IMG/VR virus record: IMGVR_UViG_3300038424_000133 | Length of the DNA stretch: 64,000 nt | DNA from: an uncultured virus (IMG/VR IMGVR_UViG_3300038424_000133) | Lineage: Duplodnaviria; Heunggongvirae; Uroviricota; Caudoviricetes | Direction: 5' to 3' (one strand) | Part shown: positions 40,076 to 49,930 of the stretch, in pieces | Layout of the letters: every line of letters starts with the position of its first letter | How positions within the stretch are numbered: the first letter of the stretch is position 1 | The notes under the pieces: model-generated | What the model saw: only the letters and a program-made list of their open reading frames with translations | Told to the model about the DNA's origin: nothing | The model's database searches: none | Program-made: the position numbers and the translations under genes

Positions 40076-40396
40076 TTATTTCTTTTTAATTAGTGCTGGT
40101 TCAGCTTTCCTGTCCAATGCACCGTTCTTATAATTGACAAGTTCTTGCTGTAAATTCCTAATTGTCTCCGCTTGACTATTAACTTTCTTTAATAATTCTA
40201 TTACTGTTTTGTTAACTTCTACTTGATAATCTCTCCTTGCAACATCGTAACCATTATTCCTAATTGATAATTCTTGGAATTGTTGTCTCAAATCTTCTGG
40301 AACTTGAATTGATGGTTGTTGAACTGGAATCTGTTGAAGCTGAACTTGAGGTTTAGGTTGTTGTTTAGGTTGTTCTCCCATATTATTTTTCACCAC
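40076..40396 (-). CDS. coiled-coil protein
   Basis: Q-rich N-terminus, heptad pattern. Confidence 0.55.
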   Translation of the reverse strand: MVKNNMGEQPKQQPKPQVQLQQIPVQQPSIQVPEDLRQQFQELSIRNNGYDVARRDYQVEVNKTVIELLKKVNSQAETIRNLQQELVNYKNGALDRKAEPALIKKK

Positions 40397-40453
40397 CTTT
40401 TAAGTTACATATTATAATAGTTAAGTTATATTTAAATATTTCGGTTTATAGAT

Positions 40454-42010
40454 TTATGTATAAGTAATTTGTAAAGTACCATTTCCTGTTAATGTCAATG
40501 TTGTTGGATTATCGGTTGAACTGGCAACTGATGCGCCGCCGCCTGCTATCCAACTACTAAAAATACCAGAAACAGGAGTATATGATATAATATTATTGCC
40601 AAATAATGGAATTGATAATGGACCGCCTACCATAACATATGGTACATTATTAATTGTTATAGTTCCAATATCTGTTTCTACTTCCACATTAGCAAGTAAT
40701 GAAATATCATCTAAATAACCATAACTACCATATAAAAATGCAAACTCAATTTTTGTAAGACTACTGTTTGGGTAGTATTTGGCAAACGGCGTAATATCAA
40801 ATTTTGTCCAAGGATAAAGTGTGCTATGACCCCCAAGTACATAATATATTGTATTACCATTACTAAAAGTTAAATAAACTCTTAGACCATCATAATTTGG
40901 ATTAGGAGAATAAATCCAGCCTTTTAACCAAAATACACATGAAATTATGTCTGAGACGGGTATTGGAGTTGAAAAAGTTTGGGTAATTGAAGATGGATTA
41001 CCACCACTAAGACTTGCACAATAATCTCCGCTATGTGGATAAGAGGAATCAACTACTCCAGCATGGTTTCCTATCCATCCAGTTAAGTCTCCTGTTTCAA
41101 ATGTACCATTAGTAATTTGTTCACTAATTATATTAGTTGTTGATATAATTGTAATAATTGGAATAGGAGCACCACCATTACCATAAATACTATCTACAAG
41201 TATAGTTAATGTTATAATCCAAGGTCTCTCCCAATTATCGCTTGTATATCTTTCATTTATCTCTTTAATAACAACGACTGAATTAATATTATTAATGATG
41301 TCATATAATTGTAGTTTGCCGCCAAGTAAAAATAATCGGTCAAGATACCATTTATCAGCATCATTACATTTTGCTTCATATGTTAATATAGTTAACGAAT
41401 TAGTATAAAATGAATAATCAATAGTTGGCACTTGATTCATCCATTGAGGCATCCAAACCGTACTTGTAACTAACCGTTCATAATCTGTTATGAAACCTAA
41501 GTATATACCATTTGAATCAAGTGTTCCCATACCTAAATTAACATAAGATGGACTTAAAACCGTATCACTTAAACTTCCAAAACTCCCGCCAGTTATTGTA
41601 TCACATCTAACCGTCATAGCTACGTTCCACCATCTAACCTTAGTTTGTCCATCTTCCATCTTATATTCAAATTTTGCGTCTGGTTCTTCAAGCCATCCTG
41701 TATATGTCCAAGATGCAATTTCTAATGCATTATATAAGACTAAAGTAACTTTGGTCGAAGCCGCAAAAATGGCAAGAAGCGTAGTATATTCTGTATCTGT
41801 TAACCTAACTGTAAAATTTATTCCTCTAACTTCAATCATAAATTGACTTAAATCCATGTATGGATACGGAGTATTAGGAATAGGTCTAACTGATGGGTGA
41901 AATATTTGGTCTTCTTCCCATTGTATAGCCTTGAAAACTAACGTTCCGCCTGTATTTGAAATCTGGCATATGCTCATTATTGTGTTACCTCTATTTGTTT
42001 TACTATCCAA
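40454..42010 (-). CDS. tail protein with carbohydrate-binding-like domain
   Basis: ITNGTFETGDLTGW...YLDDISL; start probably MSICQIS. Confidence 0.65.
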   Translation of the reverse strand: MDSKTNRGNTIMSICQISNTGGTLVFKAIQWEEDQIFHPSVRPIPNTPYPYMDLSQFMIEVRGINFTVRLTDTEYTTLLAIFAASTKVTLVLYNALEIASWTYTGWLEEPDAKFEYKMEDGQTKVRWWNVAMTVRCDTITGGSFGSLSDTVLSPSYVNLGMGTLDSNGIYLGFITDYERLVTSTVWMPQWMNQVPTIDYSFYTNSLTILTYEAKCNDADKWYLDRLFLLGGKLQLYDIINNINSVVVIKEINERYTSDNWERPWIITLTILVDSIYGNGGAPIPIITIISTTNIISEQITNGTFETGDLTGWIGNHAGVVDSSYPHSGDYCASLSGGNPSSITQTFSTPIPVSDIISCVFWLKGWIYSPNPNYDGLRVYLTFSNGNTIYYVLGGHSTLYPWTKFDITPFAKYYPNSSLTKIEFAFLYGSYGYLDDISLLANVEVETDIGTITINNVPYVMVGGPLSIPLFGNNIISYTPVSGIFSSWIAGGGASVASSTDNPTTLTLTGNGTLQITYT

Positions 42011-45000
42011 TTCGTTGTCCAGTTATAGAAGTAAATACCGCTTGGTGAACCGCTACTTGGATTTGTCTGAGCCAAATTATAAAATTCACAATATAATGGT
42101 TTAACCACCATATTATAAATTTGGCTATTGACGCAAATACCTAAAGTTGGGTAAGTTAACTGTACATAAGTTAGCTCTACACCTGCATTGTCAGTAGTCA
42201 AAATTGATTTATATGTATATAAATTAAACTGTACATTTGGAGTATTGGTTGCAATGAAAGTTGGGTCTGATTGTGTAATTATTTCAATTTTATATTTTTG
42301 AAGTGCAATAATTGTTTGCATATAACTGCCATTTGGACTTACAAAGCCATCGCCTAACGTACTATTATTACAATTAAAATCTTCTGCATTAAAGTTTGTT
42401 GTTCCATCTGGCAACGCCCATTGACAATAAACATCAAATAACGCTGGTGTAGTTACACTACCATTTTTAACAATCATAAACCAGAAACCAACAGAACCAT
42501 CTTGTGATGCTATTCCAATTCTACAATAATCACCAGCAGATGTTCCACTCCCAGCATTCCAATGATTATATACCCAATTTGCATTGGCAAGGTCAATATA
42601 TGTTCCATCAAGAACTCTCAAATCTACAACTAAATGTGGATTCCAAAACATATTTATATTGGCGGCATCTGCACCACTAACTAAATGTGTAGTTGGGTCT
42701 GCATTTGGGTCAGAAGGATTATAATATTGAATTAAGTTACCTATCAACACGGCAATTAAATCATGAATACTACCATCTGCATTAGCCATCATACCAAACC
42801 ATTGATTGGTTGTACTCCATAAAAAGTGACTATCTATGGTTGTAGTTATTGTTGGTGGACTTGATGGGTCTGCATCATAATCACTACTTGTAGTTCTCCA
42901 TAAATTGCCGTCATAAGGTATGTTTTGAGCCATTTTATCATTTTGAGCAGAAGCATTATATTGAGATGATGAACTAATTAAATTTGCATCCAATAATGTT
43001 TTATCAGTTCCTTCGGCTGTCCAATCGCTATTAAATGCACCTATTATTCCATAACTCTTCATATTACGATACATTGTTTGCAATTCGTCTTCATATTTAT
43101 AATTAGGATAACCTAAAGTTATTTTAACATCTTCACCAGTATCTTTGCTTACTGTTATATCAATGTTTGTAATTCTATATTTTCCAAGTGTTAAATCTAT
43201 ATAACCAATTCCAGTTACAGTATCATAAACTTGTACAATATCTCCAACATCATATTGCATTGATGTATATTGGTCTTTAGCAAGTTGTAATTTTAATTGT
43301 ACTCTTGGCATTGCATTAATAGTTAAATTACCGCATCCAAGTATATTTCCTACTGCTGGATAATTTAAATCATTAATAATGACTGTTTTATCTTGTACCA
43401 CATCTTCAAAAAATGTTCTAACTATATTTTCAGCAGTATTTAATGGTTGACCATTTGTTGCAAGTCCAGTTGCATTTATTGATTTAACCCAAATACTACA
43501 ATCTTGAAGATGTTTCTGTTCGCCTTGACCAACCACATAGACATTTTGAACAGTATCATCTATAAATGTGTCATAATCAACCATTCCAAGATTAGTATTT
43601 GCTGGGTCGCTTGGGTCCATTTTAAATATTATTGAAGCAGTCTTATCGCTTCCTTTTTGATTCTTTATATTAAATGTATTATTTGAATCATAACTCATCC
43701 ACCATTCGAAAGGTGAAAATCCAACAACATCTGATTCGCCAACAACTATAGATGAACATAAACCAACTACATAATTTATTGCTTCATTCAATCTTTGTCT
43801 GCTAACATTTAATGGTCCAATTGGATTGGCATTACCACCAGTTAATTGATTGCTAAAGGCTTTAATATATGGACCACCCTTATAAATATATGGTGATGCA
43901 TCTCTTGGTTCGGAAGGGTCTATTTCACCAGTATCAAGATATGGTTTATATTTTATATATTCCGCTTTATACACATAGATTTGGCTTATAGCCCAAGGTA
44001 TTCCTGAGACGCTTTCAGTTAACCTTATTCTAACTTTCTGTGCAGATATAGGTGGAAAAGAAATCAAAATGTCTTGTGTAGTATTACCTGTTACTGGCAT
44101 AGCTGGATAAGTATTTGGTATTACAGCATATACACCATTAACTAAATATTCAACAGTATAGTTTCGTGCATAAGCCGCAGTATTAGCTCTGCATTCAAAA
44201 TATAATGCTGTTATTGTTGGATAAATTGCCCTATTATATATACATACATCAGCTAAATAACCATACATAGGACCAAATTCAAAATATGTAGGTTGAGTAC
44301 CATCTATATCAAGATAACCAGTTTTAGCTAAAGTTTTAACAAGATTATTATTAACATATAAATTCATACTGAAACCATCATAAACCGCTTGTAAATGTGC
44401 TCTTTCATTCTGTAATATTGCATTACCAACTTTACAATTAAGTTCCCATCCAGTACCACTAAAATAAAGCTTCCACCATAATATACCTGCTTCATCAATT
44501 TCAATGATGCATTGATTAGGTTTATTAATTATAAGACTTTTAACAAATGGACCTATTTCTATTATATCAAGCCAACAATCAATTGACATAGAATTATATC
44601 CAGTTAACCAAGTGAAACTTGAACCGCAATCAATATAACTATTAACATTACCACTAAATAAAACTAACGGTGCAAGTGGACCCATAACCCAAGTTATATT
44701 ATGGGCTGTTGCATTAGAGTTAGTTCCACTATAGTCATGTATAACTGTTCCAGTTCCTTCATTTAATAAATATTCCCCAACAAGACCATTAGTATCAACC
44801 ACATATGTTGAACCAATTGGAATTAATAATTCTGGTTTAAAAATTATTTCAAAAGCATCATTTTCAGTTTGTGTACCATTTGGGTCTCCTTGTATTATAT
44901 CCATTCCAACATAAGCTATTTGACAAAAATAATCAACGCCGCCTACAATCCAACTCCAAGGATTAGTTGTCTCAATTTTAATTTGTAAATCTGCTGATTC

Positions 45001-45984
45001 AAGGTCACTTATAACTGTTAAATATTGTGAAATATCATAAATTTTTGTAACCCATCTATTTCCAGTACCAATATCATTGTCACCCCATACAAATTGAACC
45101 CATTGACCTAAATAAACAGACCAATAATATACATTAAAAGAACCTATTGTTGCAGGATGATTATAGAATGTTACTGTTACTGTAACAGCTTTAAGTGTTT
45201 GAGAACCAGAAAAACTAAAAGGTGTAATATTAAAAAGTAATGTTTGACCAATAGGTATAACACCTGAACTTTTAAGATAATTAACATAACTTGTTTGATT
45301 GGGAGTATTACCATCAATATATGGCGATGGTGCTGGACCAACAACTGTCCAATCAGGGTCTAATGTTGCTGTAGTAACTGTTGATGCTGGTGTATATTCT
45401 GTTAATGTTTCTCTACCAGTATTTGACCATCCATAACCTCTTTGCCGTGAAAAACACCATTCTGGACTTCCTAATTCAAACTTAGCTAATGATGGGTCAG
45501 CCCAAGTTGCATTACATCTTTCAACATCAATGCTTTTACTGAAATCTAAACCCCAACCCTCTTTATTATAAGGATAATCTATACCTATGTCACTTTTAGG
45601 TGTATGAAGAATAAAATGCAATAACGAAACGGGGTCAACTGTACCAAACATACCAGCAGTTTTTGACGCAAAATTACTGAAATCATCATCATATTTCTTC
45701 CATAATATCATCGTTACATCTCTGCCAGTTAACTGTATATATTTACCACCAAGACTTGTTCCATCCCAATATGGTTCTATGCCTTCAACATAGCCTTTCC
45801 ATTCAGTTGTGCCATCACGTTTAATATCTACTTCATCCATAAAGTAAACTGGATTACTTAAATCTAATTCTACTTCTGCATAAAAAGTTGTTGGTGCATT
45901 AAGAACCAGCATCCTATGAAGTTCAAGTTTAATCCACTTACGTTCTATTCCACCAACAGATATAGTCCAAACGCCTGTAGTCAT
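41977..45984 (-). CDS. large tail tip/hub protein with LamG-like insert
   Basis: WKGYVE..LTGRD, LVGEYLLNEGTG..IHDYSG (LamG), YDVGDIVQV..YRITNI; downstream of the tape measure gene. Confidence 0.75.
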   Translation of the reverse strand: MTTGVWTISVGGIERKWIKLELHRMLVLNAPTTFYAEVELDLSNPVYFMDEVDIKRDGTTEWKGYVEGIEPYWDGTSLGGKYIQLTGRDVTMILWKKYDDDFSNFASKTAGMFGTVDPVSLLHFILHTPKSDIGIDYPYNKEGWGLDFSKSIDVERCNATWADPSLAKFELGSPEWCFSRQRGYGWSNTGRETLTEYTPASTVTTATLDPDWTVVGPAPSPYIDGNTPNQTSYVNYLKSSGVIPIGQTLLFNITPFSFSGSQTLKAVTVTVTFYNHPATIGSFNVYYWSVYLGQWVQFVWGDNDIGTGNRWVTKIYDISQYLTVISDLESADLQIKIETTNPWSWIVGGVDYFCQIAYVGMDIIQGDPNGTQTENDAFEIIFKPELLIPIGSTYVVDTNGLVGEYLLNEGTGTVIHDYSGTNSNATAHNITWVMGPLAPLVLFSGNVNSYIDCGSSFTWLTGYNSMSIDCWLDIIEIGPFVKSLIINKPNQCIIEIDEAGILWWKLYFSGTGWELNCKVGNAILQNERAHLQAVYDGFSMNLYVNNNLVKTLAKTGYLDIDGTQPTYFEFGPMYGYLADVCIYNRAIYPTITALYFECRANTAAYARNYTVEYLVNGVYAVIPNTYPAMPVTGNTTQDILISFPPISAQKVRIRLTESVSGIPWAISQIYVYKAEYIKYKPYLDTGEIDPSEPRDASPYIYKGGPYIKAFSNQLTGGNANPIGPLNVSRQRLNEAINYVVGLCSSIVVGESDVVGFSPFEWWMSYDSNNTFNIKNQKGSDKTASIIFKMDPSDPANTNLGMVDYDTFIDDTVQNVYVVGQGEQKHLQDCSIWVKSINATGLATNGQPLNTAENIVRTFFEDVVQDKTVIINDLNYPAVGNILGCGNLTINAMPRVQLKLQLAKDQYTSMQYDVGDIVQVYDTVTGIGYIDLTLGKYRITNIDITVSKDTGEDVKITLGYPNYKYEDELQTMYRNMKSYGIIGAFNSDWTAEGTDKTLLDANLISSSSQYNASAQNDKMAQNIPYDGNLWRTTSSDYDADPSSPPTITTTIDSHFLWSTTNQWFGMMANADGSIHDLIAVLIGNLIQYYNPSDPNADPTTHLVSGADAANINMFWNPHLVVDLRVLDGTYIDLANANWVYNHWNAGSGTSAGDYCRIGIASQDGSVGFWFMIVKNGSVTTPALFDVYCQWALPDGTTNFNAEDFNCNNSTLGDGFVSPNGSYMQTIIALQKYKIEIITQSDPTFIATNTPNVQFNLYTYKSILTTDNAGVELTYVQLTYPTLGICVNSQIYNMVVKPLYCEFYNLAQTNPSSGSPSGIYFYNWTTNWIVKQIEVTQ

Positions 45985-46086
45985 TTTAACATCCTCTTAA
46001 TGGTTTATCTTCTTTCCGTTTTTCTCCCCTTAATCTTCTTTCTAATTCATCTATTTCTTCTGGGGTTGGTTCATTTCTACTCATAT

Positions 46087-47142
46087 TTATCTTCTACTCC
46101 TTGCCGCTTTTCTATATGCCTGATTTAACTCTGGACCCAAATCATCAATATCAGCCTTTGTATGTACATTTTCAATTACTATTTGTGTAGTGCTTTGTGT
46201 AACACCACTACCTTGTGCGCCTAAATCATTACCTACTTGTAACGGTCTATTAGTTGAAGGGTTATATATGATTTCGCCTTCGTGGGCAAAAACTGGTCCT
46301 GTTCGTGGAACTGAACGTGTACCACCTTGATAGCTTTGAGTTGCAAGAGATGCACCACCAGCCGCCGCCGCACCTGCACCGATACCGCCAATTATAGTTG
46401 ATAAACCACCAGTTACCAAACCTTCGGCAACAGCTAATACTACTAAAGCACCTACTATCAACATAATTGCTGAGACTATTGTTCTTGCCCAACCAGTAAG
46501 TGATGTAGCTATCATATAAAATACCATAAATGACGCTACACAAGCACCTATTGATATAAGTAACACATTAAATGATACTCCTAAAGCTACAGCAACTTGT
46601 GCTAAAGTGCTCATTACAGGTATTCCCATAGCATCTAAAATGAAAAACGCTTTAAATGCCGCCGCAGTAATAAATACTACAGCCGCTAAAGCCGCCAATA
46701 TGCTAACCAAAGCTACTACGGCAATAATAAACATATCTAAACCTTTATTTTGTTGAAGCATTTTTAATATATTATTTAAAAGAGTCAATGCCCCTGTAGC
46801 TTTCAAAAATTGATAAGCCGCATTATCAAGTGCCTGTGTAGTCAAGAATATCTGTTGTTTCAACTGAGCCATTTGACCTGCACCTTCCCTTGACTGCATA
46901 GCCATATTAAGAATTGACATAGCCATTTGCGAAGATAAAGTAGCCATCATTGTACCAGCAACAACATAATCTAATGTACTTTTAATTAAGTCTTTATTTA
47001 AAGCACCTAATTTACCTTCTGAACCCATTAATCCACCAATATCTTTCTGCAAATCACCAAATGCTCTGCTGGCATAATTCATTGCTCTGATAGTTATCCA
47101 TATAGTGCGAATACCGCCAATAGCAGACATTCTATTCAGCAC
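46087..47142 (-). CDS. short tape-measure-like protein
   Basis: ITIRAMNYAS N-terminus, Ala/hydrophobic helices, YQGG...GPVFAHEGEII. Confidence 0.7.
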   Translation of the reverse strand: MLNRMSAIGGIRTIWITIRAMNYASRAFGDLQKDIGGLMGSEGKLGALNKDLIKSTLDYVVAGTMMATLSSQMAMSILNMAMQSREGAGQMAQLKQQIFLTTQALDNAAYQFLKATGALTLLNNILKMLQQNKGLDMFIIAVVALVSILAALAAVVFITAAAFKAFFILDAMGIPVMSTLAQVAVALGVSFNVLLISIGACVASFMVFYMIATSLTGWARTIVSAIMLIVGALVVLAVAEGLVTGGLSTIIGGIGAGAAAAGGASLATQSYQGGTRSVPRTGPVFAHEGEIIYNPSTNRPLQVGNDLGAQGSGVTQSTTQIVIENVHTKADIDDLGPELNQAYRKAARSRR

Positions 47143-47617
47143 CTACCTCTTTCATTGCGTCATCTATTGCGGCTTCTAATTCGGCTGAATGTTTATCTAA
47201 TGCATCAGAAAGAAATGGTATCCCTTCGACCCATGTACCATCAACAGTAAAGTGTCCATCATGAACCATGATGGCATATGTACTTGTGGGAATACCATTC
47301 TTAGGATTTATAATAGCGTCATCACCTGCCGTTATTGTTCCATTATAAACGTTTTCTGACATTCCAGAAGAACTTATATCTATACCTGCACCGCCACCTT
47401 CTAAATTACTATCATCAACAACAAGTTTAATAGAAGTTACAAGACTACCAGTATCAACTGGACATTCTGCAACAGCATCATTATAAATATCATTCCAAAT
47501 TTTCTCAAGACGTTCTCTAAGGTCATCGTTAAGTTTCTTGCCTAAACCGCCTAATTCCTCTGATACTTTCTTCTTTGAACCATTGTCCGTTTCTTCTAAA
47601 CCAATCATTTTATTCAC
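47132..47617 (-). CDS. HK97 gp10-like tail-completion protein
   Basis: CPVDTGSLVTSI...YAIMVHDGH...PFLSDA. Confidence 0.75.
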   Translation of the reverse strand: MNKMIGLEETDNGSKKKVSEELGGLGKKLNDDLRERLEKIWNDIYNDAVAECPVDTGSLVTSIKLVVDDSNLEGGGAGIDISSSGMSENVYNGTITAGDDAIINPKNGIPTSTYAIMVHDGHFTVDGTWVEGIPFLSDALDKHSAELEAAIDDAMKEVGAE

Positions 47618-47619
47618 TC

Positions 47620-47805
47620 TTACTTTTTAGCTTTAGCCCTTTCCATTGCTTCGGCATCTAACTCGGACTGTCTGGACTTATACGCTAATATCAGGAAATA
47701 GTCCACATATCCATTTCCCTTTCGCATCCGTTTTTTTAGTTCGCTTGGCAGGCAATGCAGGAATTCACACACCATCAGTTGTTGATAACCATAGTCCGTT
47801 TTTAA
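47620..47805 (-). CDS. -1 frameshift extension of the tail chaperone (gpT-like)
   Basis: Open -1 frame LKTDYGYQQLMVCEFLHCLPSELKKR...AKAKK* fills the gap to the next gene. Confidence 0.65.
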   Translation of the reverse strand, partial: LKTDYGYQQLMVCEFLHCLPSELKKRMRKGNGYVDYFLILAYKSRQSELDAEAMERAKAKK

Positions 47806-48269
47806 AAATTTGTCGTAGAGATTCCAAGTTCTTTAAAGGTATTGTCTAAATGCATACTAAAGAGTTGAATAAACTGCAAATTCGCATGTGATTTCCAGTA
47901 TGCGGCATCATGTTTTGGATTAACAATTATTTTTTCCATCATTGTAAATATCAAATCATTATTCTTTTTTGCAATCTCAGGCGGCATACTTTCTGGATGT
48001 CCCATATATGGAACTACATCTTGCGGAACCATAGCTTCCCATTCTGCTTGTGACGGTCTTCGAATCCAACACATAGCTTTTCCTGTGGCTGGATTAACTA
48101 ATGGGTCTGATACTTTATTGAATGCTTCAAGTTCTTTTTCAAGTTCCATAGTATCTATGCTATACTGTTTCTTAGCTTCTTCCTGTGCTTTAATTGTAGC
48201 CTTTAAATCTTCTGAACTTAGGGGTTTGAATTTTCTAACTAACTCGACATTTTTTTCGCCCATATTCAT
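47802..48269 (-). CDS. tail assembly chaperone (gpG-like)
   Basis: Position upstream of the tape measure gene; ends in slippery A AAU UUU followed by UAA. Confidence 0.65.
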   Translation of the reverse strand: MNMGEKNVELVRKFKPLSSEDLKATIKAQEEAKKQYSIDTMELEKELEAFNKVSDPLVNPATGKAMCWIRRPSQAEWEAMVPQDVVPYMGHPESMPPEIAKKNNDLIFTMMEKIIVNPKHDAAYWKSHANLQFIQLFSMHLDNTFKELGISTTNF

Positions 48270-48382
48270 TACCTATATCTATTAAGTAACTACTTAACTA
48301 TTTAAACTTTATGGTTACACTTTTTGGCGTAATAACCGTAACTTTTATATAACCGATTGTATATTATATAGTTTGGTTAAAT

Positions 48383-48829
48383 ATGTGTAAAAATGATGTT
48401 GAAATTAAAATGCGTGGTGGTAGAAGCAAAATCAAAGGAATAGATGATATTGAAGGAGATATAACCATTTTTAAGTCTGGCGAAAAGGTTGGAGAGGCTG
48501 GATTCATTATTACAAATTACCAAATATCAGTTGACACAATAACCATAGAAGACAAATTCATAAGGCTTGGATATGGCAAATTATTAGTTAATTTACTCAA
48601 AGGATTATCCAGACTATTAACTAAACCCATAGTTCTTTATTCACTTAAAGAAAGTTATGAATTTTATGCAAGTATGGGGTTTACCAAATTAAAGAAAATT
48701 CATAATGAAAAGAAAAAGTTAGTAATAGTAATGTTTAAAAGCAAGAATGAACCTAAAATAGAAGATTTAGATTTAATTTGGTTGCCCGAGTCACTAAGGA
48801 GAAAGAGAGAGTTGAGGGTGGAATTATAA
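48383..48829 (+). CDS. GNAT-like acetyltransferase
   Basis: FIRLGYGKLLV...FYASMGF. Confidence 0.7.
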   Translation: MCKNDVEIKMRGGRSKIKGIDDIEGDITIFKSGEKVGEAGFIITNYQISVDTITIEDKFIRLGYGKLLVNLLKGLSRLLTKPIVLYSLKESYEFYASMGFTKLKKIHNEKKKLVIVMFKSKNEPKIEDLDLIWLPESLRRKRELRVEL

Positions 48830-49314
48830 AAATTATACTTAGGCGGCTAACGCACAAAACAGATGAGAAAAAAGTGGCTGAACGTTATATTATGAACACC
48901 ACCTATAAACCTGACATTACTACTGAATTATTAATTTACCCTATACCAGAGTTTATTGACCCTAAATGTAGTTGTGGTAAAGATGGGTTTGTAATGGTTG
49001 ATTATAAAGTCTATTGTAAAGACTGTTTAAATAATATGGTTGGAAACACAAAAACAGAACAGGAAAAAAGTTTGGTTTGTCCGAGTGTAACGCAAGGAGT
49101 TCTTGGTAACGCATTTGAATGGAACCCACAAGGAACTGAAAATTGGTATAAAATTAGGGGAAGTGGCATAAAATGGGATTCAATTCAAAGGCTTAATATA
49201 GCTGAAATAAAACAACGTTGGGATGAGTTAATGATGAAAGTTCTTGAGGATAATGCAGAGATTTGTGATGCGGAATACGAAAAAGAAACGAAACAGCTAA
49301 CTATTTTTGTATAA
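48778..49314 (+). CDS. hypothetical protein with Zn finger
   Basis: KCSCG...YCKDC; start uncertain. Confidence 0.5.
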   Translation: MVARVTKEKERVEGGIIKIILRRLTHKTDEKKVAERYIMNTTYKPDITTELLIYPIPEFIDPKCSCGKDGFVMVDYKVYCKDCLNNMVGNTKTEQEKSLVCPSVTQGVLGNAFEWNPQGTENWYKIRGSGIKWDSIQRLNIAEIKQRWDELMMKVLEDNAEICDAEYEKETKQLTIFV

Positions 49315-49869
49315 TGGTTTTGAGTTTTCATTATTTATAACTTTCTTTATCCAATTACAATTAGCACAAAGTAACTGATATTTCAATTTATGATTTGAGT
49401 CTTTTAATACTTTATAGAGAATTCCTCTACTACCTAATTCCTTGGCTTCTTTATTACCGCCACCATATATATGGTCAATCTGTAAACAACGAGTGTCATT
49501 CATAAATCCACCATGTTCAATATTATATGGATTAGCACATTTACCACCTAATAATTGGATAACTTCAATTCTTAATTTGTCTCTATTTTTTATTTCCCAT
49601 TTTCGTTTTCTATTTATATTCATTCTATTATATTGTTGTATTCTATCTTTATTATTTAAAAAATATTTTTCTTTCTTTTCCAAAATTTTCCCCCTATTTT
49701 CTTTATAATATTTTTGTTGATATTTACATAATTTTTCTTTATTTTTTAAATAATATTTTTTATAAGATGTTTTAATTAATTTTTTAGCTTGGTCTGGATG
49801 ACGTAGTTGCCACTTTCTTTTTGGTGATAAATCCATATTAGTATATTGGTCAATTATTATCTTACCCAT
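49297..49869 (-). CDS. HNH endonuclease
   Basis: LGGKCAN...LQIDHIYGGG...QLLCANCN. Confidence 0.8.
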   Translation of the reverse strand: MGKIIIDQYTNMDLSPKRKWQLRHPDQAKKLIKTSYKKYYLKNKEKLCKYQQKYYKENRGKILEKKEKYFLNNKDRIQQYNRMNINRKRKWEIKNRDKLRIEVIQLLGGKCANPYNIEHGGFMNDTRCLQIDHIYGGGNKEAKELGSRGILYKVLKDSNHKLKYQLLCANCNWIKKVINNENSKPLYKNS

Positions 49870-49930
49870 AGTTTATCATTGATATAAATGAGAGGTTCAA
49901 GTATTTAAATCTTTTTATTATATATAACAA

